NCBI GenBank assembly: GCA_030141605.1
Contig: JAQGDQ010000202.1
Span: forward strand, 156,099 to 220,098
Source: Tubiluchus corallicola
Taxonomy: Eukaryota; Animalia; Priapulida
Reading direction: 5' to 3'
DNA: 64,000 bases
The stretch's first letter is position 1. Each line of letters starts with the position of its first letter. The translations under genes were made by a program, and so were the position numbers. Shown in pieces: positions 1 through 12,299 of the stretch. The notes beneath the pieces are model-generated. The model ran no database searches, was not told the origin of the DNA, and saw only the letters and a program-made list of their open reading frames with translations.

Positions 1-156
1 CCATGTTAGGGAAGATTAACATTATGTCCTATAAAATTTTTCAAAGTTAAAAATTAGTCTTGAAACATCTCTAAATTATTGCACTTGACTGTTTCCACTG
101 TCAAACTCAAAAATTTAAAAAAAATTTGTAAAATTGAATTTTCGTTATTTTTGCAG

Positions 157-3100
157 CTATTCACTGAATGTTTGTCAGAATGTCCACAACGGTCCTAATG
201 GCTGCCCGTCAAATGCAGCAGTCTGTCAGCGGTCTAAAGATGGGAGCATCAACATGTTGGGAACAGTTGAATCACAAAAGATTACTGTTGAAGGTATACA
301 TTCTCATTTTATAGTTATTTTATTGTCAAGCCTTAGATTGCTCATGATTTTTTCATTTTACCCTAGTCTCAAGGTATTTTCAAGCGTGCTTGCTTTTTTA
401 GTTTAATTCTCATGGTCGAGTAAATTATTCTTGAGATTAATGGCTATTAAAATTTCTAATTTTACCAACACATACAGCACCTATTTAAATAATATCCTTT
501 GGGTAAAGCCAGATCAACTGTTAGTTTTGGTCAAATTTTAGATCAAACTTTGAGTTTTATTGTTGGTTTTTATTATACATTTTGCAACATTTTTCTGCTG
601 CTGCATGTTTCAGTATAGATTTTTAGGCATCTAAAAAGTGTATTATCAATATCAAACCATTTATCAAATGTTGGTTATGACCAAAACTGATTACTTGAGA
701 CGTAAATTATTTGCTGGGGCTGAAACTGTGATAAAATAGTTATCTGGCCTAAAACAGTCTAAAACTGAGGTTTATCAGTATGTCATTGCACCATTCTGCC
801 ATTTGAAGAAAAATTAACCTAGCAGCCATTTGCCTGGTGTCCTGGAGAAAAAGAGTATATGAGTGTGTTGTACGTCTTTGTTTTTATGTTGTACGACCAC
901 AAAAGTACCTCCAGAAATTTATGTTGATTATTTTAAAGAACATGATGACTTTTTTAAAAAGGTGATGGAAGAGTGATGTTGAAGTATTCAGATGGTGATC
1001 AAATGTGTGGAGGAACTTTGGCTTCAAGTATTATTCACTTTGAGTGTGGTCCGTCTGTTGGCCAACCTTCTCTACTTGTTAGGTAAGATTCTATTGCAAA
1101 TTTATTTTTTTGCTTAAGAACTCGAAGAATTGGTGAATGCTGTGTACCAAAAAAAGTAAAGCGAATGCATCATCAATCTGTCACAAAATTAAGCAGATAG
1201 GCAGCAAAACTTTTAATGAAACTTCGTGATGTTTTTATTTACCTCAAGTAGAAAAATGCATAGACAACCTTGTAAGTTTAATAAGTTTAATGTTCATTTT
1301 TTATTCATTTATGGGTTTTTATCTTGTTTGTGAAAACTTTATCAAAACACATTTTTATGTGTATCAGTGTTAGTAACAATGAAATTTTTTAATGGCTATG
1401 TGAGCTGTTTAGCCCGAGTTTTAAAATTATGGGGTTTTGATTAACTTGTTTATTGATATGTAAACACGTAATTGTCTAGGGGTTTCGCTTATGTCCGTAA
1501 TGTTACAACTGTAGTATTTTAAACAAGTTAATTACATTAACACGGATCTTGATGACCATCTGAAGCTGTGTCTCTACCAACACACAATTCAGTATATCTC
1601 CGCAAAGGTGCTAGCTCTTATTCATGGCTCTGAAGTAATCACTAATAAAGGTGATTGTTTATGCCTTGGCTTGCTGACAATGGTTACGTATTTCACAGTC
1701 TGTAACTGTGACTGAGGCCGGTAGTGTAAGTATAGCAATTTCAACCCCATTACTCTTTTAGAAGTTTAACCTTTTAGAGGAAAATCTGCACAGTTTTTGT
1801 CATTCTGTATGGTAAATGTTTTGGTGATAAGCGATATACCACATTCTTTTCGCCGTTTGACACCTAATCGATATTTAAACCTCGTGTTTATTTTCAATAT
1901 AGTTTTACAATACTTTATTGGTGTGTATTTTGCATAACTGAACTTATGATGAAGTAGTTTTGGAGGATTTTTGACTGTAAATTAAGTTAGTGCTTAACTA
2001 TCTTATTTCTGTGGTACTGTATGTGTTGAACTTGTTGAAGGAATGTCACGTGCCCTAATACAGCATGCTATGCAATCATTGATTTAACAAAAATCACACA
2101 ATTATCGAACTAACAGGCCACTTAACCTCGGTATCAGAGGCTAATAATTGGAGTACACTGTCCTTTCTTTTTGTTTTGAAGGATTTTAATTTCTGCATTT
2201 GTTATTTTCAACAAATGCATAGGAAAGAAACATTGTAAGTTCAAGAATGTTATAAGTTTGCAATAGTTCTTTCGTTTTGAGGTTCTTTTTCTCATACTGT
2301 TGGTGGATACGTTATTGATCAAATTTATTTGAAGAAAACAGATTTATTTACTTATGTGGTTGCATGTTTTTTATCATAGGGGAGACAAATTAAAGGACTG
2401 TGCATTTGAATTCATGTGGTTACTTATGTGGCTGCATGTTTTTTTATCGTATGGGAGACAAATTAAAGAACTGTACATTTGAATTATGTAGTTACTTATG
2501 TGGCTGCATGTTTTTTTATCGTATGGGAGACAAATTAAAGAACTGTACATTTGAATTCATGTAGTTACTTATGTGGCTGTATGTTTTTTTATCGTATGGG
2601 AGACAAATTAATGAACTGTACATTTGAATTCATGTAGTTACTTATGTGGCTGCACGTTTTTTTATCGTATGGGAGACAAATTAAAGGACTGTGCATTTGA
2701 ATTAATGTGGTTACTTATGTGGCTGCATGTTTTTTTATCGTATGGGAGACAAATTAAAGAACTGTACATTTGAATTCATGTAGTTACTTATATGGCTGCA
2801 TGTTTTTTGTCATAGGGAAGACAAATTGAAGGACTGTACATTTGAATTCATGTGGAAAACAAGAATTGCCTGCAAGCAACATGTTGAACCTCTGAATGAA
2901 ATAGCACCTGGCATTATTTATGAGCCTGATATTTCAACAAAATATGATTTCTCTAATATTTTTCAGAATCGGTAAGTGCAGTAACTTTTCGTAAAAAACA
3001 AAGCATTTGTTTCTGTGTATTATTATGCTTCGTGTCTTCTGTGTCAATATGAAATGATTAATAGCACCTTGCAGTAGTGCGTAGCATTGCTTTTAGAGAA

Positions 3101-6100
3101 TTTCATGTGCTCTGTTTTAGAACAAACATGATTTTAGATCAGTATAGTACGTCAAGAAGATGCTAATGTTTTTGTTACGTAAAATACAAACTTGTTTCAT
3201 TTAAGTACTTTCAAGTGTTGTAACATCTTCAAGATAATAATACTGAATACATCATCATCACTATAGTATCCAGTTTATGATTTGGGTTAGAGAGTTCTGT
3301 TTCCAAGCAATATAGCTGTGAATTCTAATTCTAATTTAGTTTTGTTTCAATCTCTTTTAATGGTCCAAAGTGTGTTGTTAGGCACTTTTTCTTGCTGTAT
3401 CAGCAATGTTGGCACCTATCTGGTGTGCCATCTATAATAGGTTCCGTTGCAGGGAAATTAAGAATTGCAAAAATAAGGTGTAACTTGAGTCTCACTATAA
3501 TGCTATTGCAGTGGAAAGCCACTTGCATTTTAACCACTTTTAAAATGAAAACACCTGATTGTTCTTGCAGCACAATAGAAGTGAAGGGTGATGTGAGAGG
3601 AGATGACAGTTACGCCTACCTTATCAATCTGATCGATTCTGTTGAATCTTCACTTCAACACTGTAGAGGTGCAAGCGTGTGTCAAACAAAGGGCACGTTT
3701 TCTAGAAACATTGGAGTTGCAAAACAAGCCTTAAGGCAGTATTATGTTGAAGGTAAATGTCTTTTAGCAATGGAAAGATTTAATCGCGTGTAGTTGTTAT
3801 TTAAAGTCATGCATGACAAAGTCATAATGTGCTGTATAGTTGCTGTGATGTTTGCACTAATTGATTTTCATTTTAATATCTCTAGCGACGGCCATTACGA
3901 AGTGTGTAATAGTTTTCATGAGCTCATTTGTATAGTTCACTAGTATCTTCAGGCAGGTTTACCATTATTACTTATTACTACTAAATGTCATCGGCATTTC
4001 ATTTATTTTATTTTGAGGATAACTAGCTTTTATAATTTTTTGTGGCTTTGGTATAGTGGCTTTTTATTGAGTTAAATTTATCATTGATTACTAATAAAGG
4101 GTAATATTATAATAAGAAAATTCTGCTAGGTTCATTATAAATTTGTATCATGCAGTGTACAAGTAAAGATCTTAAGATATTATAACATAAATATTATTCT
4201 TAACGAATGCATTTTTTGTTCAAATATTGAGATAAATAGGCATATATGTGAAATACATAAAAAAGTTTTTTAGTTTGAAATTCAGGTTATCAAGCCAATA
4301 ATAACATAAATTTATTAGCTTAATGTTGACTTAAATGAATAGTGAAAAACAGTGCTCTAATGGCATGTTTTATGAATAATGCTTTTATGCCTATTTAGCT
4401 AGAGATTAGCTGAAAATTGTTTATTAGTATTTATATGCAACAGTGCATTTACTTTAACTTGCATTCACCTTCCTTAAATTTTTGTTACGTGGACGGATTT
4501 AAGTAATGGATGCAATTTTAATAAATGTTTATTTATTTATTTATTTTATAAATAACTATTTCATCATCACTGCGGTAGTTACTGTATTAACATTAACCTA
4601 ATTGTGGAAGCAAATAGAATATTTTCCTATGGAACTGATGCTGTGGATCTTCAGCGCTGCAATTTACTGATCAATTCCTAAACTGATTTGGACTGTTTTA
4701 TCAAATTGTTAGTGAAGAAATATTCAAAGATTTAATTTTCTTAACTGCATTGCCCTAGAACTGTAATACATTTATTGCTTTTAATATGTAAAATGTATGT
4801 CATTGTTGTGTTCATGTTAAATATGTGTTTCTATATATATATATATATATATATGTACAATTGAAAATGTGTATTACAGGAAATACAATTGAAATGGTAA
4901 TCAATGGTTCAAGTGCGTGTGGGAAAAATCCTAAGAAAACTGCACAAACTAATATACTTTTCCACTGCATTCCTCCTGGAAGTGGTAATACGGTGAGCAA
5001 ACATTCTTCGTTTTTTGCTCTAACTAATGTTGTATAATTAAGACCTGCAATAATAACCACATTAATGTTATCAAAAAAAATCACTGATTATTTATTAGTT
5101 TCACTTAGAATTTTCCAACTTAAGAGAGTTGTTAGTCGTAATTGTTAAGTATGTATTTTCAATCGTGCATTGTCAACAATTAAAGTTGGTAAAATTGTAA
5201 TTGAGAAATTTTGTGTAGGAAGTATGTTTTAGCACATCTAGCTTTAAGATGTTTCTTGTTGAAATTGTACTACTTCCCAAACATAAATCCATTTTTTAAA
5301 TTTCTTTATTCAGTTATGTTCAAAATTTTAAACTATCATTATAATACAACGTACAAACTATTACCTTTAAAGCACATTTGCCTACATTGTTATATTTACA
5401 AAACTGTAGTGTAACATTGAACATACATTGCAAACACAATTGTCTTGTTCATCACAAGGTTAATGTGTGTAACATCTTATAATCTTAACCTTAACTTAAC
5501 ATCTTAACCTTTTTGTCTTATAATCTGAATATGCTAGGATGTTTCATTTTTATTATTGTTCACCTTATAGAAAACCGCCAAATTTCACTTGATTTCTAAT
5601 TTTCTATATTATATTGCAGAACACTAAAGTAGTTATGTGAAAAAAAGTTTAATGTTCAAATTTTGTTAGAGACTGCCATAAATGGCATTGAATGGCCTTG
5701 GTCATTAATTAACATTATTATTATCATCATCGTTAATTAACTTGTTGGTTTATAACAAACAACGATCAGTCAAACTAAACATTGACTATTGTTTTATGTT
5801 GATGTGCCTGGATTTCTATCTAGTAGAAATAACGAAATACAGTACACCATTATGCGTGTTGCCGAACTACTTTATTTACAATGCGTTCTGATGCATTAAT
5901 ACATAACAACTATTTTATAAAGTTTTACAACTTAAAATCCTACTCTTATTCCGAATATTCAATTTAATGTTAACTTGCTGTAAAACTTGTTTCTTTTGAT
6001 TTTTTATCACTTTGTTGTCAGCGGTATTAAATTTGAAGAACCGCCATTTTTTGGTGGGTGAGACGAATGATATTATGAGTTCAGTCACGTGGTCACCAAA

Positions 6101-8029
6101 GATCAGTAAACAAACGTCAGTAACTGAAGACACTTTCTGTGCATTGTACATCATTCTCGTTCGCTCGCATCAAAGATGCGAAACATGGTTACCTTTAGGC
6201 AATGCACTCGTTCGAGACTTGCCAGAAAAAGGTGAGTTATGTAATTTCTAAGTCTCTTTTGTTTAATAATAACTATGAATTCCTTGTGTAATCAGAATAA
6301 TGCATTAAAAAAATTCATTGTATGATGGGGGTTATATAGCCCGTTAACGCAGAGCATTTCAGTTTTGAAATTTATTCTGATCATACAGAGGAACGCCAAT
6401 GAGCCTAATGGCCCATTTACTGATGAAAGGAACTGCTAAAAAACTGAAAGTGCGAGAATCAGGCAACACTTTGACTCGAGACCTTGTAATTAAGACACAT
6501 ACATCCGCCGTTAAACCATCAATCAGTCCTTTGTGACCTACATCTTTTTTAGATATAACTGATCAAATAAAAGCTGGATATTAATTATTAAATCTAACTG
6601 CTCATTCAGTTTATTGGAGAAAGGTGAAGCTAAGAATTTTAAATCATTTGGATTTGAACCTGTGATGACGCTGTCGTTTCATTGTCAGTCTTCATTATCA
6701 GGATGTGTTTTAAATTTATTTCATGTCTTTCAGAGTAAGCCAGAGTTCGCTTATGAATCCGAGGATTGCAGTTACGTATTTGACTGGTATACTTCAGCTG
6801 CCTGCCCTGATGAGTAAGATGTGTTAAATTGCTTGTTGTGCATTGTTAATAGGTCTGCTTTTAGCGATTAAGTTATTAGTTATTAAGTTAAGGAATAAGT
6901 TTTCTCATATTCAAACCAGTTAATTTTTGCCTTCGTTATCAATGGAAAAATTTATATTGATAATGGGATAACCAATGTGATGTTCACAGATATTGTTGGT
7001 GATGATGATGATAATTATGATGATGATGCTTATGATAATAACAGCAGCAATTGTGATAATACTTGTGGTAGCGATAGAGTTCGTGATAAAATGATAATGA
7101 TGTGGGTAGTCATAATAATAATAATAATAATGACAGACATTATAATGCTAATGAGAAGAACAATCGTGATGATTGCTTTGATTTTTTTCAGTGTGTTGTC
7201 TGGTCCTACGTCACCACCTGCTCTCTCCGGAACAAGCTTGCCGACTGTTCTTGGAATTATTGGAGTTTTCACTGCACTCATTGTGATTAGTGTGGCATTA
7301 ATAGTCTTGCATCGGAAAGAGAGGCGAGTCGCATTATGGAGTACTGTTCGAAACTGTTTACCTGGTCGCCAGTATCAAAGATTTCCAGATTACAGATATG
7401 CCAGTGTAAGTACTTTTATTATAGGGAAATTGTATGGCTGAAAAATTTGTGTGTTCTGCTCTTTACAAAGTCTGCTACAGAGCTGCTTGTTAGCTCAGTG
7501 AGCCGAACAGTGGCTTATTGTATGTGCAGGTAGTGAGCTCAGTAGTGAGACATTTAATTATACTAGACACTCCATGTGTCTGCACACTATTGATGTAGTA
7601 CGCGACGTTAATAATACAACATGGTTTTTGGTAGTTTTAAGGATGTGAACCATTTATGGCACCCAGTACTGAATGTTCTATTTTAACTACTATGTTGCTT
7701 CAAGTTTAATCCAAAGCATTTTACTTCAACACATAAAGAGGAAATGTCATTGGCATTATATCAAATGATCACAGTTTTTGCTAAATAAAATTATTTAGCC
7801 TTGTTTTCGTGTTTTTGTGAGCTTTTAATTTGACATTATTATATAATCTTTACAAATTGTTTTGCAGTTATCATCTCAGTTTAATGAGGAAGATATAGCT
7901 CTATTATCAGAAACTGAACTTGAAGTTCCAGTTCAGTATAGTGATGAGTCGCCTTTAGCGGTTCAGCAACAGGAGTCCAATAGGAACCGACATGATGAAT
8001 ACGAGGATGATGATTTGCTGCTTAGTTAG
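157..8029 (+). CDS. IGF2R: Cation-independent mannose-6-phosphate receptor, 3' part (last two MRH repeats, TM helix, cytoplasmic tail); 5' end lies outside the window
   Basis: GT-AG exons with consistent phase: 157-293, 962-1082, 2816-2971, 3571-3752, 4880-4992, 6734-6813, 7192-7405, 7868-8029 (TAG). The translation shows the MRH cysteine pattern (YSLNVC...AAVCQ; LKYSDGDQMC...SSIIHFEC; DCTFEFMWKTRIAC; GASVCQ...CGK...TNILFHC...PEFAYESEDCSYVFDWYTSAAC), a TM segment (TVLGIIGVFTALIVISVALIVL), YRYASL and a C-terminal acidic dileucine EDDDLLLS. Confidence 0.92.
2348..2855 (+). repeat. Tandem array of 7 copies of a 72-73 bp unit spanning an intron/exon junction of IGF2R
   Basis: Units start at 2348, 2420, 2492, 2565, 2638, 2711 and 2784 (ttacttatgtggctgcatgttttttt...gggagacaaattaaagaactgtacatttgaattcatgt). 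The last unit contains the acceptor used by the reconstructed CDS (AG at 2814-2815) and the exon start. Confidence 0.95.
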
Positions 8030-8337
8030 TTGAATATTTCTGAACCACTATAAATACAAACTTTCATACTTAACATTTCCTGATCATGTTCTTTTAATTC
8101 GGATAGAATGTTCATTTGCACAATGAATACAGCACAAGAATTTAGGAAAACATTTACATTTTTGTGTTATTGGCCATGCAGAACATTTTGCCATAGTCAT
8201 GAAAATTGAAGCTGTTCATAGCAGTGCTTAACTGTGATAAATGTTTGTGAAATGAGAGGGTCACTGTCGGTTGCTCTTGCAAAAATTTCACTAGAGTGCT
8301 GGCACTCATTTGAGAACTTTTTTGTCGTGGTAGGGAA

Positions 8338-8715
8338 CAGGGCCTATTTCAGCCTAGGCGAGGGGAAGTGGGGCGCATGAGGCCCCATGGGGGGGGCGAA
8401 GCGCCGGGGAGCGGGCGCTACTATGGTTGGCGCCCAGAAAATTTTTGAACTGCTAGAACGCCGGAGAAGAGAAAATATGGAGTTATACAGTTGTTAAAGG
8501 AAAGAACAATTGAAAGAAAAACTGCTTTATTCTCAAGACCAGTCCTTAATACTTGTCAATACTGGCAAACGGCGCGCGTGCGGCAAGAGAGGGAGAGAGG
8601 GAGAGAGGAGGCAGTATGTTCGCATAAAGCAAAAAATGTTACCTTGGCACGAGGCCCCCCTGGAGGGTGAGGCCCCGGGGAAGTATCCCCACTTCCCCCT
8701 TTGAAATAGGCCCTG
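8338..8715. mobile_element. hAT-like MITE downstream of the IGF2R stop (probable 3' UTR)
   Basis: 14-bp TIRs cagggcctatttca / tgaaataggccctg; imperfect 8-bp TSD gtagggaa / gtagtaaa; GC-rich interior in AT-rich context. Confidence 0.8.
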
Positions 8716-10673
8716 GTAGTAAATGGTGATTTAATTTATTACTGAAATTCATTACCATTATGTTGAGTAAACAGGATTATGTTGGGAGTGATAATTTGCC
8801 CTAAAAATGGAGCTTTATTTTACATATATGCTTACAACTTAAGTGAAAGATAGCATTGTTTTATTATTGGTTTACAAAATCAAGATACATAAAATAAATT
8901 CCTTTTTGTAACAGTGGTATGTATTATTTTAACCATATCTGCCATTTTATGTGTTTCTGCCATGAAGAGGAAAATATAATATCAGTGGCCTAACATGTAT
9001 GAGATGTACAGGTTTATCATTTTTAGATCAAAGGAATTGCGTGGTTGTAAATTAAAGTAAGTTACACATCTTGCTTAATGTTGTATTTTTAATGCTTTAT
9101 GGTCATGGCAATCTAATCGCAATACAATCTATTGCTAAGTGAAAACAAGTGAAATTTGTTATTTTTGCACTGTTCAACTAATCACCTATAGAGTTCTAGA
9201 GAATGAAAATGAACACGATTAGTACAATTCTTATTGCAAAACTTAAATTTTTATTAAATTAGTGCTTGAATTATTTACATTACGAGAAATGAAGAGAATG
9301 AATAAAGAGAAACTGCAAGCCTAAACATTTTTCATTGCAAAGTATTAAATTTGCTCTTTATTCATTGAACATCTTTATAATTATGTTTGTACTGGGAATG
9401 ATTGGGTAATGGTTGGTCATTATAAAGTCTATGTAATTAAATACCTACATGCATTACAAGCTATGGCGGCTTCAGTCAATATTGAGCATTTGGATACACT
9501 GCACGTGGGCACATAGCACCTCGCCTGGTAAAGGTATAAAAGAAACATTATTTTTTTTAGTGAAAGAACAAAGGTTTTATTATTTGTTTTCCATTTCTAT
9601 ACATTTTGTTATTGCTTTACCAAAGAGTGTTATTGTTCAAATATTTTGCTTACAATTGTGAAATAATTGTATTAGGTTCCCATTTGTAAACCTTTTGAGG
9701 GTTTTTTACTGCTACATAGTTGAAATTGTAAGTTGGTAACAAGTGACAATTATTATAGTCAGTCTATTCCCTATGGACTATAGAGTATGTATATGATTAA
9801 CACTATGTTTGCTTTAATAAGGCATGAATATGGACACACAGTGAATTGTAGTTTGTTACAGTATTAATCTTTTTAGCAATTGCTAGTCTGCCTTTATACT
9901 AAAAACGTTAAAAAATGTTGATTGCTTGCACATTGGATTTTATATATAACATCCAATTTGTGCAGTAGGTTCATTTCTATTGGATTACCTATTAGCTAAT
10001 CAGTCAGGTATTAAGTTCTTTATCATTTTACATGGTCTAGTAATTAATGACAAGGTAAACTTTATTATTCACTGTGATTGTCTAGCAGCTGCTTGTTGTA
10101 GTTGTCTTCTGGCTGCTACGTGCTACTCAAGTTTCATAATAATGCGGTATAAGTTTTTCTAATCGTTGCCATTAAATTTTCATGTAAGTTACAACACTAT
10201 AATTAATTTTATGAGTACCACGTTAATAAATTATTGAATTTATTGTCTAATTATAATACAAAATCTATTGTAAACATTGTATTAGTTGCCTGTGTCGCGA
10301 TTTAATTTTGCAAAATATTAAATTTAAGATATGAATATTTTTTGTTCATTTTATTTTGTTATCAAGTTGGTTATAACTGTAAAGTCTAAAATTATGCAGT
10401 CATTTAACCCTTATTTGAACGAACTGAAGAGAAAGGTGTGTTATACGGTTTCATGCTGAGTGGATGTGATCGTGTGTTACTTGTGTAGTTTAAATAAAAT
10501 GGACATGAAAATGTAACCGCTACCTTGTCAGCAACCGCAAAACCATACTTCTAAATAAAGCTAGCTGCTAATAAATATATTTGTAAAGTTGTGTCACGTG
10601 CTGATAAGATTTTTACCATTACTGAATACAAAACAAATCCTGTTAATTTTCGTGCAGATTTATTGTTGCTACT

Positions 10674-10860
10674 GATATGGCGCAGGCAGGAGAGTTAGAT
10701 AACAGATTCATACTACATAAGAGAAAAAGTACAATATTAGTGAAATGGCACAAACATGAGAGCTAGATAGACGGTTTTATATTACACAAGACAAAAACTA
10801 CATTATTAATGAAATGGCACAAACAGGACAGCTAAATAAACAGACTCATGCTACAGGAAT
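10674..10860. repeat. Degenerate tandem repeat, about 3 copies of about 68 bp
   Basis: ga(a/t)atggc(a/g)ca...agag(c/t)tagata...tac recurs at about 10674, 10742 and 10811. Confidence 0.6.
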
Positions 10861-11099
10861 ATAGCAGAAAAACGACTAGTATTAGAGGAGTACTGTTATT
10901 TTTTGTACCATTAGTGAATGGGTTTCAGCAGTTTATTTTCATTAACATCGTTACTGCGCATTATAGTTAAAATGTATTAGAATCAGATGTGTCTTCGTGT
11001 TTTTCCTTTAATTTTATATAATCAACCCAACACTTGCTGGAGTAGAAATGGGCAACTGCTTTTACATTTTGCCTTTGCGATGTTGTCTCTGAGTTCATT

Positions 11100-11200
11100 T
11101 CAGCATGGTGACCGCGAGAAATTTTCTTAAAACTAGAGAAAAGATCATTTGAAGATTGGTGCGATTTCCTGACGCAGTTGCTGTGCTTGTTAAAAAAACT
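11100..11200 (+). promoter_or_regulatory. Possible promoter of the EEP gene
   Basis: Local CpG enrichment with an inverted CCAAT (gattgg) and an ETS/CRE-like ttcctgacgca, about 1.1 kb upstream of the ATG; inference only. Confidence 0.3.
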
Positions 11201-12299
11201 TGTTATTTTTGGTGAACAACAAAATTTACTAAAGGCAAGCTAATGATAACGTTTCTTATGTGACATAGTTAACATTTTGCTAGTAGCCTAGTCCTAGGGC
11301 CAGGCATTAGTTTTTCACAAGTATTTATTTTTTATATTTATTGCTATATAGTATATGTGCACATTCAGGGTATGTCTTTTTGGTGAACCTTTAGACGTGG
11401 ACGGCTAGGGACGTAAAACTCGCAGGGCAGATACCCAAGAATGCTGGGTCAAAGGTTGACCTTCAGTTGTCCATCTGTTTTGGTGAGGCCCATAGAGTCG
11501 ACCTTTTGTGTCGACCGGTTAATTCCAAGATCGAACCAGGGGCACTAAAATGATGGGTGCCAATAATTAGTTGTCCTGCCTTTCTAGCATGATTGTGTGC
11601 TAGTGTATGTTCAACAATGGTTGCTTGTACCTCTTCTAGTATAAACCAGATTTTCGCTCGCTTGTAAATGACCACTGTTATTTAGTGACCAATATGTTTT
11701 TCGCTGCTCATACTTACATATATTATTGAAATTGCTAGTACTATATATTGTGTGTAAAACAAATGATGAGGAAATAGATTGATTGAATTGAATTGTGTGT
11801 AGCCTACTCCACTTGTGGTGAATATAGATGTCACTGAGTTAATATGCTCAACCCAATTAATATACCAGACTGCAAGTACACCTACATGCAGCAAATACAT
11901 GTCTAAATATTCAAGAAGCCATTTGTTTCAAAGCAGAATGGTATAACTTTATAAAGAATTGAACTTCTGAGTTCCAATAGATTTTCGGTGTCTCATTGTT
12001 AAAACAAGTTAAGGTCTAAGTACTGTATCTTTACATTGCAGAAGTACTAAAAATTAAGGTAATGTTTATGGTACCACTCTGTTTCTATTTATTCTACAAT
12101 CAGCTTTTCTAGAATTAACAAACTTTTGCATTAGCAATAGTAAATGGTTTGAATGTTTTGTCAAGACTGACCTAAGCATAGATAAACATTTTCAATATTG
12201 AATGTAAACTATCAACTTTTATCTGTTTTTAGATTTGTGCTGGACATTGGAGACATTTGAACTAAATTTGCATGTTTTGTCTTTCAAAACTGAAGGGAG

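Noticed and set aside
2348-2855. CRISPR-like appearance of the regular array
   Set aside because: There are no unique spacers, the whole unit repeats, the context is eukaryotic and no cas genes are present.
5881-6360. Possible MITE or internal promoter in an IGF2R intron (gtcacgtggtcac, weak inverted ends)
   Set aside because: TIRs are too degenerate, with no TSD or second copy in the window.
6977-7191. Asp-rich and Ile-rich N-terminal part of ORF 6977-7441
   Set aside because: Intronic (gat/aat)n microsatellite; the real exon starts at 7192.
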